DNA from: the human T2T-CHM13v2.0 reference genome, Homo sapiens
Length of the DNA: 64,000 bases
Direction: 5' to 3' (one strand)
NCBI RefSeq assembly: GCF_009914755.1
Contig: NC_060935.1
The notes under the pieces are model-generated. The model was not told the origin of the DNA. It ran no database searches and was given only the letters and a program-made list of their open reading frames with translations. Of this stretch, positions 23,828 to 36,406 are shown one piece after another. The stretch's first letter is position 1; the number at the start of each line of letters is the position of its first letter. The translations under genes and the position numbers were made by a program.

Positions 23828-25766
23828 AAATGTCATTTCTTAGTCTTCATTTGGAATTTATAAAAAATTTTAAAAATCACCACATTTTCCAAAAGTTTAT
23901 GCCAGAAAATCATTCACTATTTAAAAATGAAGTGCAATTTCTTAATAGAAAAGTATAGATTGAGTCTTGTCCCATATAAATGAGTTTCCTAGATTTGGAA
24001 AAAAATTAATACATTGGAATCAATAGTTGACCACAGATTTAAATATGATACAAAAGGTTTAAAAATCTAAATTGTCATTGTTTACAAAATACTGGCAAAT
24101 TAGAGCTACAGCGCTTGGTGTTATTGTGTAATCTTCTGTTTAAAAATAAACAGTGGAAATAATTGTAGAAACCTCTGGGCTTAGAAAGGCTTGTTGGTGG
24201 TTCTTCACATCCTACTAAAAAAGCAGGCTGTCTTTGCATATTAATCACTCTGTGAAAGGAAGCTTGCCTTATTTGCATTGTGCATGCACTAAGAAGTCCA
24301 ATAGTGTGCCTGAGAAAAAAATGGGGGGATTGTAATTGTTGTTCTCAAAAGGGTTTTTATTCCATTCAAGTGGAAAAGCTGAATACTGGAGAATTAGTGC
24401 AGTGTTTTGTGGAAGAAGAGTCCCTTTTGGCCACTGCATTGCATGTGGTGCAATCCCAGTGTGTAAGGATCCTGAACGTTGGGGTGAAGAGGAAAGTGAC
24501 TCATCTTTCTATGATGCAATAGTCTATGTTCTTGTACATCTCTATAATTTTGTAAGCATTTTCTCCTTGTTATGTATCCGAAAAGAGGTAGAATGAAATT
24601 CTGAGAATATATGCCATATTGGAAATCTCAGGAGAGTTAAACATGAACCAAAAAATCTAAATTGGTGTTTAGGTTTTGGGAGTGGGGTGAGATGAGGACA
24701 CACAACATAAAATTAAGCAAATTGTATTTAAGTGTTATTGTTTTTAGAAAATACGTGATTCGGTTAATGCCTGGAAGATATTTGTCCACCAAATTGATTT
24801 TAAATGATATTTTTGACATTATTTTAGTAATAATGGCATGTTTTTTTCTTCATTGTATTTTAAGACTCAGTGGTTGAATGTAAACATTGAGAATAAAGAG
24901 AAGAAATGTTCTTAATATTAGTGAGGCTTTCTTTTAATAAGACTGTGTAAGATGAGCTACTTATAATGTTTCTCTTCTATGGTAAAACACTCTTCATGAA
25001 AGCTTTTCCTGATCTCCTAGTTCTAGCTGGCAACAGCCACATTAGCCAGTACAGTTTCCAAAACCTCAAAATGTACATTAATTATTTTGGAGGTCTGTTA
25101 CTTTGGACTGGTTTAATATACTTTACATATTTTTAGCATCTTTTGAAAAATTCTGCACAGATTATGGCATTTCCAAGTAGATTTGAATTTCACAAGGGGG
25201 AAAATACGCCATTGTCTGTGTTCACATATTTTGACAAAATGATTGTGTATAATCATGGAGACAAAGCTTATTGTTTTAAATGATTTTGTTAAATACTAGA
25301 AAGTAGTTCACTGAGTTAAAAGGTTTCATACAGGTTTCCTAAAAACCATTTGGCTTAGATATATTTAACTATCTGTGAAACTACTTGTTATTATCCTCTT
25401 TACTATTGTATGGGTTTGGTTGGATTTTGTCTGTTGAACACAGATCCTCTGATTTTATTTCGATTTTATTTGAATTGCTTTCTGTAATATTCAACTACAT
25501 GGAAATTGTGTTTAATTTGGGCTTATGTAGAGTGGTCCATAGACTTTGAGTGTGTGTTTGGGTTGCTGTTCTGAAGAACAGAAGTAGCCAAGAAGTAGTC
25601 TGAAAAAGTAGGACCATAAAAAATTAGACTGGTAGAACAAAAAAGAAAAAAAAACAAACAAAAAAAACCTGTAATTTTTACCATTCAAAAGTCCTTATAT
25701 AGGTTTCATAATAAATTTTTTTCCAAAATATTACTGATGTACTTCTCCAAATGTTTATTATAGACA

Positions 25767-26204
25767 TGTCAAAAGACAAAATTATGACAAATTTAGTTAT
25801 AAATCAAATTGTCTTTTATTTGTGATTCATAAATTGGGGCAGCCTCCATTCAACAAAATAGAATGAGAGCTCCCACTGAGCAATGGCAGAACAGTGGGTT
25901 TGGAAAGTGGGAACAAGGAAACAACTATAGAAAAAAAGAAACTGGTTAACATCAGGTTACTTCCGGTGACTCTTTTGCAAGTTAAAGCAGAGGAGACTTC
26001 TTTATTGCACTGACTCAGGTCGACTGGAATCTCCTGTTTTCAGGAAAACCCAATCTGTTTTGGGATCTATCTGCTTCTTTAACGTTTCAGTTTGATTATA
26101 TGGCATTTAGCTTGAGTGACTCCATTTTGGTTTGGTCTGGTCTCTTGGGGTTGGGTGCAGAAGCTCAGTCTAAAACAATGGGCTCCCATAATTTTTGTTT
26201 AACG
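25767..26204 (-). mobile_element. Solo ERV1 LTR (MER31/MER67 group)
   Basis: Reverse strand begins (c)gttaaacaaaaattatgggagccc...agaccagaccaaaccaaaatggagtcactca and ends ...ttttgaca; 4-bp TSD gaca at 25763-25766 and 26205-26208. Confidence 0.8.
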
Positions 26205-26319
26205 GACATAATTTTTAGAATGTATACTTCATTTAAATTTGAACCTTTTTATAAAAATCTGAAATGCATAACACATTTTTAGAATTGTGTAGACTTCATA
26301 AGTATGCAAAACAAAAACA

Positions 26320-26960
26320 GCTGGTATCAAGCACCACTTGATCACCTTTAAATTCAGAAAACACACTTGACAAAATGCGACACCCCTTCAGGATGAAAAC
26401 ACTCATTAAATAAGGAATAGAAAGTACTTCCTTGACCTGATAAAGGGCATCTATGAAAAATCCAGAGCTAACATACACAAATGGGCCATAAGGACAAATG
26501 GCCAAAAGATGTCAACATCATTAGCCATCAGGGGAAATGTAAATCAAAGCCACAGTGAGATACCACTTCACACCCGCTAGGATGGCTAGAATCAAAAAGA
26601 CAGGTAACAGCAAGTATTAATAATGTTGTGGAAAAATTGGAACCCTCAAACACTGCTGATGGGAATGGAAATGGTGCAGCCTCTTTGGAAAACAAGTCTG
26701 GCAGTTCTTAAACAGAGTTACCATGTGAACCAGCAGCTCTGCCCTTCCAAGAGAAGTAAAAACATATGTCAGTATAAAAACATGTACACTAATGTTCATG
26801 GAACATTATTAATAACAGTCAAAAAATGGAAAAAACCTAAATTTCCATCAATTGATGAATGGACCAAAAAATGTGGTATATTTATACAATAAAATATTGT
26901 TGGGAAATAAAAAGGAATGCAGTACTGATACATACTACAACATGGCTGAGCCTTGATTCA
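26320..26960 (+). mobile_element. Old L1M ORF2/3' fragments
   Basis: cacagtgagataccacttcacacccgctaggatggctagaatcaaaaagacag; ORF 26623..26892 WKKPKFPSIDEWTKKCG. Confidence 0.85.
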
Positions 26961-27023
26961 GCATTTTAGTAATGTGAGCTCCTTAATTGTGTTAGCTGTT
27001 TGTTTGTTTTTTTGTAACCATGA

Positions 27024-27172
27024 AAGTTTATTTATTTATTTTTCAATAGTTTTGAGGGTACAGGTGGTTTTTTGTTACATGGATAAGTTCTTTAGTGGTG
27101 ATTTCTGAGATTTTGGTGCACCTGTCACTGGAGCAGTGTACATTATACCCAATATGTAGTCTTTTATCCCTA
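27024..27172 (-). mobile_element. Short L1PB/L1MA 3' end
   Basis: tttatttatttttcaatagttttgagggtacaggtggttttttgttacatggataagttctttagtggtg; flanked by near-repeat atgaa(a/g)gttta. Confidence 0.75.
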
Positions 27173-28649
27173 TGAAGGTTTATTTTAATCCTAGCACTTG
27201 TTAATATTTATCCTTAATTCTTACTAACTTTTAGATTGTGGGTATTATATCTTCATGAGAATAGCTAAAATAATTTTATTTGGATATTCCTCAAAGAACT
27301 ATTGAATGTGAGCATGCTAAGATTACCCCTGGCAAAATGGAAAATGCCTAGCACCTGGAAGCATCTGTTTCTGCCGGTCTTCTAGGAGAGAGGAAATATT
27401 TATGTCTTCCATTTATGTATTTTGACTGGGGAAAATTTTCCCTTTTATTCTGGGGAGCTGTTACTCAGCATAAGAGAATGTAGAGGAGAATCACCCCTTT
27501 CACATATCTAATAGCTTTACCACATTACTACAGTAGTATCTTATGTTGTATGCATTGATTGTCAATCTCTTCTCCTCATCTCCACCATTTTGATAGCTTA
27601 AGGCTTATCATTCATTCTCTGTGCATAGAAAAAAAAACCGAAATGATGTTTTCCACTATTTTGTAATCTTTCCTTCATGAATTGCAGAAGAAAAGTGTTT
27701 GGGTTTTGTCCCATTCATCATAAAGCGGTACACAATAGATACGGTTGCATTTTAAAGCAAGGCTAAGATGGATTTAAGATGTATTTCTTGTCATGTGAAA
27801 CGTCCTCCTCAGTGGTCTTAAATAAAATATTAATTAGATAATTCTGCAGTGATTAATATGAAAATGGTTACATAATTCTTAGATGGTATGTATTGTGTTG
27901 GGCTAACACCACATTGCTTTTCTAGAATACTGGTATCTATGGGATACCATAGATACCCCATAGAATACTGAATATCTTATGGGACTGCCCTTTCACTAAA
28001 AGCACAAATCTTTACTAGTGGTCTTGAGCTAACTGGAACTGCTGTAGATCACTTGCAAATTTTCCACTAGGATGCTTTGGTGTATTTGGTGCAGCTATTC
28101 CCACAATCACTTAGAGTAGGCATGCAGAGGGAGCTAACCCATAGGAAATTAAGGAATTTGAAGAATCTTTGAAAGTTCATCTCATTTAACTTCTTTAAAA
28201 CAAAATTTGTGAACATCTCAGATAAGAATCTGTCTTTAAAAATAAGACATCTTAGACATAGAGATGGAGGTTAAAGTTCAAAGGTTTTTTGCATTCAAAT
28301 AAAATTAGTTGTTGTCTTTCACTAGGTGGCTCTCTTTTTTTTAGAATGAGTTCAGTATTTATTCAAGTAAACAATCAAGTTTTGATGTGCCTGTTCAGAC
28401 AGACAGCTTATTTTATGATACAGGTGGCATCAAGCCCATTATGTGACTTTTCCTCCGCAAGAAGTTTGTAACTTCCTTTGGCAATTGGGATGCACTTCCC
28501 TATAAGATGTTTTATGTGGTGGTTTTGTCCGGATTAACCAAAATGCAAATCTTCATATCCTCTATAGTGCCTAGCAAAGGGTCTTGCACATAGGTGCAAG
28601 TTGTCAGAGTTGGCTCAGTTTCACTCTGAGCCCCTTGTAGATAGCCTTT

Positions 28650-29450
28650 ATTCATTCCTGCATTCTACATGTATTTATGCCTTTGACTGAGAGGTAAGAT
28701 CTAAAAAAGGAATAGATATATCTGAATTCATTTGTAAAAAGGGTGCTAGCTGGCAATGTATGCAAAGGTTTGGTGGCAGTGAGTAAACAAGAACTGGGGA
28801 TGGCCTTGCTCATCAGATGGGGAAGTAAGGAGGTCATTGGAAGCAGCAGATTCTGGGAATGACTTGATGGGAGCATGTTTTGGGAAGTTGGATTTGTTGC
28901 TCTTCTTTTGGAAGCTGGGAGAGATTACAGTCTGGAAAACCAGTAGTCAGGGGGTAGGAGGAGCTACTGTAGAGGCTGTGTGAGGTGATGGGAGGTGGAA
29001 TTGGAGTTCTGATTGTGAGATGTAAAGGAAGGCATTATGCAAGAAATACTACAGAGGGAAGATTGATGAACTTAGTGACTGATTTGGATATGCAAGAGAG
29101 GAAAGAATGGAGATTATTTAGATTTCAGGTGAGGCGCATGGTAAGAGTAAATGTCACTAGCAACAGAATTGAGGAAGGGGAAAATAGGGACTTTTAATTT
29201 TTTAAAAAAGGTAATAGTTTGGCTTGGGAAAGGTGACCCTGAGATTAAAGTGGACTGTCTAGGAAGAAAAGCCAGGTATACCGCTGGAAATAGAAGTCTG
29301 CAGTTTTTAGGAGAGATCACGTTAGAGACATAAATCTGTAGTTATTTAAGTAGTAGATGGTTCTCGAAGGATAAGTCCATTTAGAGAGAGAAGCAGAGAG
29401 GACCAGGAACGGAACTTAGCCAAGCACTTATACTCTGAAGATGGGCAGTT
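28650..29450 (-). mobile_element. Degenerate L2 remnants
   Basis: Purine-rich L2-like body starting at ttcattcctgcattc. Confidence 0.45.
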
Positions 29451-32400
29451 TTCATATGTAATAGTTATTAAAAAGTGGTACCAAGTCATTTAAGCAAGTT
29501 ACTGTTTTGTATATTTTCAAAAAGAATTAAAACCACAGAGCTGCCCTTTTTATATGGTGGTACTGCTTTCAATTCTTATTCTCTTTTTAATTCACTCTGT
29601 CTCAGTTTTAATGAAGTTTGTTTGCAGTCCATACCAATTTCTTGTTGGGGTTTTTATCTTCTAGTGCTTTTGGTAATAACATAGCTGATACATGAAAGAT
29701 TGTGTAGCTCTCATGGATTTCAAATCTTTAGGCATTAATGAAATTATATTCCAGGATACCAGGAGAATTGTAAATAAATCCATAAACAGCTACAGAAAAT
29801 GATTTTGAGAAATCATGAAAATGAACAAAAATTTGGATTTTTTTTTTTCAAGTGGGAAGAGGGTGAATTCTTCTCCCAGGAAGATGGGGGAACTTAATGC
29901 CCATCCTAGAAAAGTTTTAAGAACTGACAATTAAGCAGATTATATGGGAACCCAGAGAAGAAGGCTGGCATCTAATGTGGGCTCAGTAAGGACAGGTTGT
30001 ATCAGAACTCAATTCTGTCTTTGGCAAGATTTCCAGACTGAAAATGGAGTTTATATTGCTTTATCATAATAGCCAAATGGAGAAATACAAGCTCAGTGCA
30101 AGTAATTGGTCAAATGACCATGCTCCTCATCAACTTGGAATGTGTTGGCTCTGCATTTTGCAGGATTTCCTTATTTATTTACTTTTTTAATATTTAAGGT
30201 GTTAACTATGATGTTTTGATATACATGTACATAACAAAGTGATTACTATAGTCAAGCAAATTAACATATTCATCATCTCACATGGTCACCTTTATGTATG
30301 TATGTATGTATTTATTTATTGTGAATAGAGTTCTTAAAGTCTACTGTCTTAGCATATTTCCATCATACAATACAACATTATTACCTGGTGATCATGTGGT
30401 GCTTTAGGTCTCTAGACTTATTCATCCTCCATAATTGCAACTTTGTACCCTTTGACCTACATCTTCCCATTAGCTCCTCTCCTGACTCCTGCCCTGGTAA
30501 CCACCATTCTACTCTGTTTCTATGTATTTAGTTTTGTTTGTTTTAGAATCCACATATAAATGAGATCATGCAGTATTTTCCTCGTGTGTCTGGCTTATTT
30601 CACTTAGTATAATGTCCTCTTGGTTTATCTGTATTGCCTTAATGGCAGGATGTCCCTCTTTTTAAAGGCTGAATAATATTCATATATATATATGAGTTTT
30701 AAAATTCATCTGTCGATGGATAAAGTTTTTTCTGTAACTTGGCTATTGTGAATAATGCTTCAGTGAACATAGGAGTGCACATATCTTCATGAGGTGGTGA
30801 TTTCATTTCCTTTGGGTACATATCCAGAAGAGGGATTTTTTCTGGGTCATATAGTAGTTCTATTTTTAATTTCTCTAGGAACCCCCATTCTGTTTTCTAC
30901 TGTGGCTGCAGCAGTCTTACATGCCCACCAACAGTGTACAAGGGTTCCCATTTCTCTACATGGCTACCCACACTTGTTATCTCTTGTCTTTTTGACAAAA
31001 GCCATCCTAACAGGTGTGAGATGCTTTCTCATTGTGATTTTGATTTGTATTTTTCTAATAATTAGCACTGTTGAGCACCTTTTTGTATACAGTATCTGTT
31101 GGTTATTTTTATGTGTTTTTAGGAAAAATGTTCAGATCCTTTGCCCATTTTTAAATTGGTTTATTCATTTTTTTTTGCTGTTCAGTTTGTGTGTTCCTTA
31201 TATATTTTGAATATTAACCCCTTTTCTGATATATGGTTTACAGATATTTTCTCCCAACCCATAGACTTCCTTTTCTATTTTTGATTGTTTCCTTTGCTGT
31301 GCAGGAACGTTTTAGTTTGATGTAGTCCCACTTGTTTATTTTTGCTTTTGTTGCCTGCACTATCCTATTTTTTTTTTAATCATTGCCAAGACCAGTGTCA
31401 AGGAGCTTTTCCCCTGTATTTCCTTCTAAGAGTTTTATAGCTCCAGGTCTTTAATTCATTTTGAGTTGATTTTTGTGTATGGTGTAAGATAAGTATCCAA
31501 TTTCATTCTTTTGCCTGTGGATATTTATTGAAGAGACTGTCTTTTCCCTATTATGATTTCTTGGTGCCCTTGTTGAAAATTAGGGCATATAATGCCACAT
31601 AATGCATGTAATGCCACATATCCTTGGGTTTATTTCTGGATTCTCTGTCCTATTCCATTGGTCTATGTATCTTTTTTTTTTTTTGCCAGTACCATACTGT
31701 TTTGATTATTATCACTTTGTAGTAGATTTTGAAATCAGATAGGGTGATGCCTTCAACTTTGTTCTTATTGCTTAGGATTACATTGGCTATTCAGAGTCTT
31801 TTGTCTTCCAGATGAATTTTAAGATTTTTTTCTTATTTTTGTAGAAAATGTCATTGTAGTTTTGATAGTGATTGCATTGAATCTGTAGCTGCATTGAATC
31901 GGTAGCTCCCTTTTGGTAGTATGGACATTTTAACAGTATTAATTCTTTCAGTCCATGAACATGGGACATCTTTCCATTTATTTGTGCCTTCTTCAATTTC
32001 TTTCATCAATGTTGTGTAGTTTTCTGTATACAGATTTTTACCTCTTTAGTTAAGTTTAGTCCTAAGTATTTTATAATTTTTGATGCTATTTTAATGAGAT
32101 TGTTTTTAGATTTCTTTTTCAGGTAGTTTGTTTTTAGTGTATAGAAATATTACTGATTTTTGTATGTTGACTTTGTATCCTGCAGTTTCACTGAATTTGT
32201 TTATTCTAACAGCCTTTTGGTGGAATCTTTAGTGTTTTTTAATATAAAAGATTATGTTACCTGCAAATAGTAACAGTTTAACTTCTTCCTTTCAGATTTG
32301 GATGTCTTTTATTTTATTTTACTTTTTCTTGTCTAATTGCTCTGGCTAGGACTTTCAGTACTATTTTAAACAGAAGTGGTAAGAATAGGCATCCATATCT

Positions 32401-35169
32401 TGTTCCTGATCTTAGAGGAATATCTTTCAACTTTTTAAGGTTAAGTATGGTGTTAGTTGTAGGCTAACATATATGACCTTTATTATGTTGAGATACAGTC
32501 CTTCTATACCTAATTTGTTGAGAGTTTTTAATCACAAAAGAATGTTGAATTTTGTCAAATGCTTTTTCTGCACTTATTGAGATGATCATATGGTTTTTGT
32601 CCTTCATTCTTTTAATATAGTATATCACATTTATTGATTTGCATCTGTTGAACCATGCTTGTTTTCGAGGAATATATCCCCTTGATTATGGTGAGTTATC
32701 CTTTTAATGTGCTGTTGAATTAGGTTTGCTAGTATTTTTTTGAGGATTTTTGCATCTATATTACTTAGGGATATTGGCCTGTAATTTTCTTTTCTTGTAG
32801 TGTCCTTGTCTGGCTTTGATATCAGGGTAATGCTGACTTAGTAAAATGAGTTTGGAAGTGTTCCTTCCTCTTTAACTTTTTGGAAGAGTTTGAGAAGAAT
32901 TGGTATTAATGCTTATTTAAATGTTTGGTAGAATTCACCATTGAAGCCATCAGGCCCTGGGCTTTTCTTTGATAGGAGATCTTTAATTACTGATTTAATA
33001 TCTTTACTTGTTACCTGTCTGCTCACATTTTCTATTTCTTCATAATTTATTATTCATAGGTTATATGTTTCTAGGAATTTACTTCTAGGTCATCCAATTT
33101 GTTGGCATATAATCTTCACAGTAGTCTCTTATGATCCTTTGTACTTTCATGGTATCAGTTATGTCTCCTCTTTTATTTCTGATTTTATTTATTTCATTCT
33201 TCTCTCTCTTTTTTTAGTTAGCCTAGCAAAACTTTTGTCAATTTTTATCTTTCAGAAAAAAACTAACTAGTTTGTTGATTTTTAAATGTTTTTCTAGCTT
33301 ACATTTTATTTATTTCTGCTCTGATCTTTGTTATGTCTTTTTTAAATTAACTTTGTGCTTAGTTTTTTTCTTAATTTTTAAGTTCTTTGAGGTATAACAT
33401 TAGGTTGTTTACTTCAAACCATTATTCTTTTCCAATGTAGGCATTTATTGTTATAAGTTTTCCTTATGGAACTGCTTTTGCTGCATCCTATAAGATTTGG
33501 TAAGTTGTGTTTTCGTTTTTGTTTCTCTCAAGATATTTTTTGATTTCTCTTTTGATTCTCCTTTGACCCACTGGTTGTTCAAAAGCATGTTGGTTAATTT
33601 CCATATTTTTGTGAATTTTTCAAAATTCCTCCTGTTTTTGATTTCTGGTTTCATGCCATCATGGTTAGAAAAGATACTTGATATGATTTCAGTCTCCATA
33701 AATTTGTCAAAATTTGGTTCATGGCCTAACATATGGTCTGTCCTGGAGATTGTTCCATGTGTGCTCGAGAAGATTGTGTATTCTGCTGCCGTTGAATGGA
33801 ATGTTCTATGTATGTGTGTGAGTTGGTCTCATGTGTAGCTCAACTCCACTTTTTCCATAATGATTTTCTGTCTGGACGATCTAGCCATTGTTGAAAGTGG
33901 GATATTGAGGTCTCTTATTATTATTGTATTGCCTTCTATATTTCCCTTCAGATCTATTAATATTTGCTTTATATATTTAGGTGCTCTGATGGTGGGTGCA
34001 TATATATTTACAGTTGTTATATTCTCTGAATTAATTGACTTCTTTATTATTATGTAATGGCCTTTTTTGTCTCTTTTTACAGTTTTTGACTTAAAACCTA
34101 TTTTGTCTGATGTTAATATAGCTACCCCTGCTCTCTTTTGGTTTTCATTTGCATGAGATCTTTTTCTACCCCTTCAGTTTTATTCTATGTTTGTCCTTAA
34201 AGCTTCTGAAGTGAGTCTCTTATAGGTAGCATATAGTCAAGTCTTCTTTTTTAAATTAATTCAACCACTTTATATCTTTTGACCTTTTGGAGACTCTAAT
34301 GTATTTGCATTCAAGGTAATTATTAATAGGTAAGGAATTACTATGCCATTTTATTTGTTTTGTGAAGGCTTTGTTCCTTTCTACTTCTCTTGCTTTCTTC
34401 CTTTGTGATTTGATATTTTTTCTAGTGGCATACGTCTTGATTTTTTTCTCTTTATCTTTTGCATATTTACTATAGGTTTTTGCTTTGTAGTTACCATGAG
34501 GCGTACATAGAGCATGTTATAATTATGATAGTTCATTTTAAGCTGATAAAACAAACTTAACTTTGATTGCACACAAAACCTCTACACTTTTATGCCCCAC
34601 CTCCCAGCCTTATTTTACGTTTTTGTGTCACAATTTACTTCCCTTTATATTGTGTATCCTTTAACAAATTATTACAGCTATGATTATTTTTAATAGTTTT
34701 GGCATTTAACCTTTATATTATAGATACCAGTGATTTACACACCACCATTACAATATTAGAATATTCTGAATTTGACTATTTACCATTACCATTGAGTTTT
34801 TACTTTTATATATATTTATTTTGTTAATTTGCTTTCTTTGTTTCAACTTAAAGAACACCCTTTAGCATTTTTTTTGTAGGGCAAGTCTAGTGGTGATGAG
34901 CACTCTCAGTTTTTATTTGTCTGGGAATGTCTTTATTTGTCATTCATTTCTGTAATACAGCTTTGCTGAGGATAGTGTTCTTGATTGGCACTTTTGTTTT
35001 GTTTTGTTTTAAATCCAGCACTTTGAATATATTAACCCATTCCCTTCTGGTTTTAATGTTTATGGTGAGAAGTCCACTGATACCTTTATGGGGGTTTTCT
35101 TGTATGCGATGAGTTTCTTTTCTTTTGCTGCTTTCAACATTCTCTCTTTGTCTTTGACTTTCAACAGTA

Positions 35170-35466
35170 TTTTTTTTTTTTTTTTGAGATGGATTCTCAC
35201 TCTGTTGCCCAGGCCGAAGTGCAGTGGCCCAATCTCAGCTCACTGCAACTCTGTCTCTTAGGTTCAAGTGATTCTCATCCCTCAGCCACCCACGTAGCTG
35301 GGATTACAGGTGTGCACCACCACACCTGGCCAATTTTTATATTTTTAGTAGAGACAGGATTTTCTCATGTTGGCCAGGGTGGTCTCGAATTCCTGGCCTC
35401 AAGTGATATGCCCACCTTGGCTTCCCAAAGTTTTGGGATTACAGACATGAACCACTACACCTGGCT
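35170..35466 (-). mobile_element. AluJ/old AluS inserted in the L1MA
   Basis: Poly(T) then a full reverse-strand Alu; imperfect TSD tgacttt..aca.t. Confidence 0.95.
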
Positions 35467-36169
35467 GACTTTTGACAATTTGATTATAATGTGCCTCGGA
35501 ATGTTCTTCTTTGGATTGATCTTGACTGGGATCCTTTGAGCTTCATTAATCTAGATGTGTGTACCTCTTATGAGATTTGTGGAGTTTTGAGATGATTTCT
35601 TTAAGTGAGCTTTCTGGTCCCTTCTAGCTCTGTTTGCCTTCTGGAATTCCCATAACTTGTATATTTGTATGCTTGGTGGTGTCCCATAGGCCCCTTATCC
35701 TTTCTTCGCTCTTTTTCATTATTTTTCCTTTTTTCCCTATAATTGGCTAATTTCAGATGACCTATCTATATTTGAGTTTGCACATTCTTTCTTCTGCATG
35801 ATTGAGTCTGTTGTTGAAGCACTCTTGAATTTTTCAGGTCTGTTGTATTCTTCAGCTCCAGGATATCTGCTTGGTTCTTTTTTATTTTATGTTTCTGTTT
35901 ATTTATTACATTTCTTATTTTGTTCATGCATTGTCTTCCTAAACTCATTTAGTTGTCTAATTGTATTGTTTTGCATCTCATTGAACTTCATTAATATGAT
36001 TATTTTGAATTCTCTTTCAAGCAGTTATTAGATCTCCATTTCTTAGGAGTTGATTGTTGGAGCTTTATTAGTTTCCTTTGGTGGCGTCATAATTGCCTGA
36101 TTCTTTTTTATCCCTGTCGTCTTGTGTTGGTGTCTGCATTTGAAGGAGCAAACATATCTTCTAGTCTTT

Positions 36170-36406
36170 TTTTGGAAAGAGTTTTTTAAATTGTATGTTA
36201 TATATTAGACAAAATTATTTAAAGCCAGTAAATTTTTATTCAAGGAATTTCACATGTGATTCCTTCTACTGTTCACCAAGGTTACCTTAATTCCTCTAAA
36301 GATGCAGTCAAGATTTATCTTCAATGTAACCCTTTTAAAAAGAACTGAGACTTAATCCACAATTGTCCTGTCAGCCCTGTCACAATTATTTTATTTTGCC
36401 TTCTTT
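36170..36406 (-). pseudogene. Putative 5'-truncated retroposed insert (mRNA 3'-end-like) within the L1
   Basis: AT-rich block unlike the surrounding L1, bounded by direct repeat tcttctagt(c/t)ttt (from 36157 and 36407); T-run at the left end; tttatt at 36235-36240. Confidence 0.55.

Noticed and set aside
28320-28335. CTCF-like cactaggtggc
   Set aside because: Partial match only, in AT-rich context; expected by chance in 64 kb
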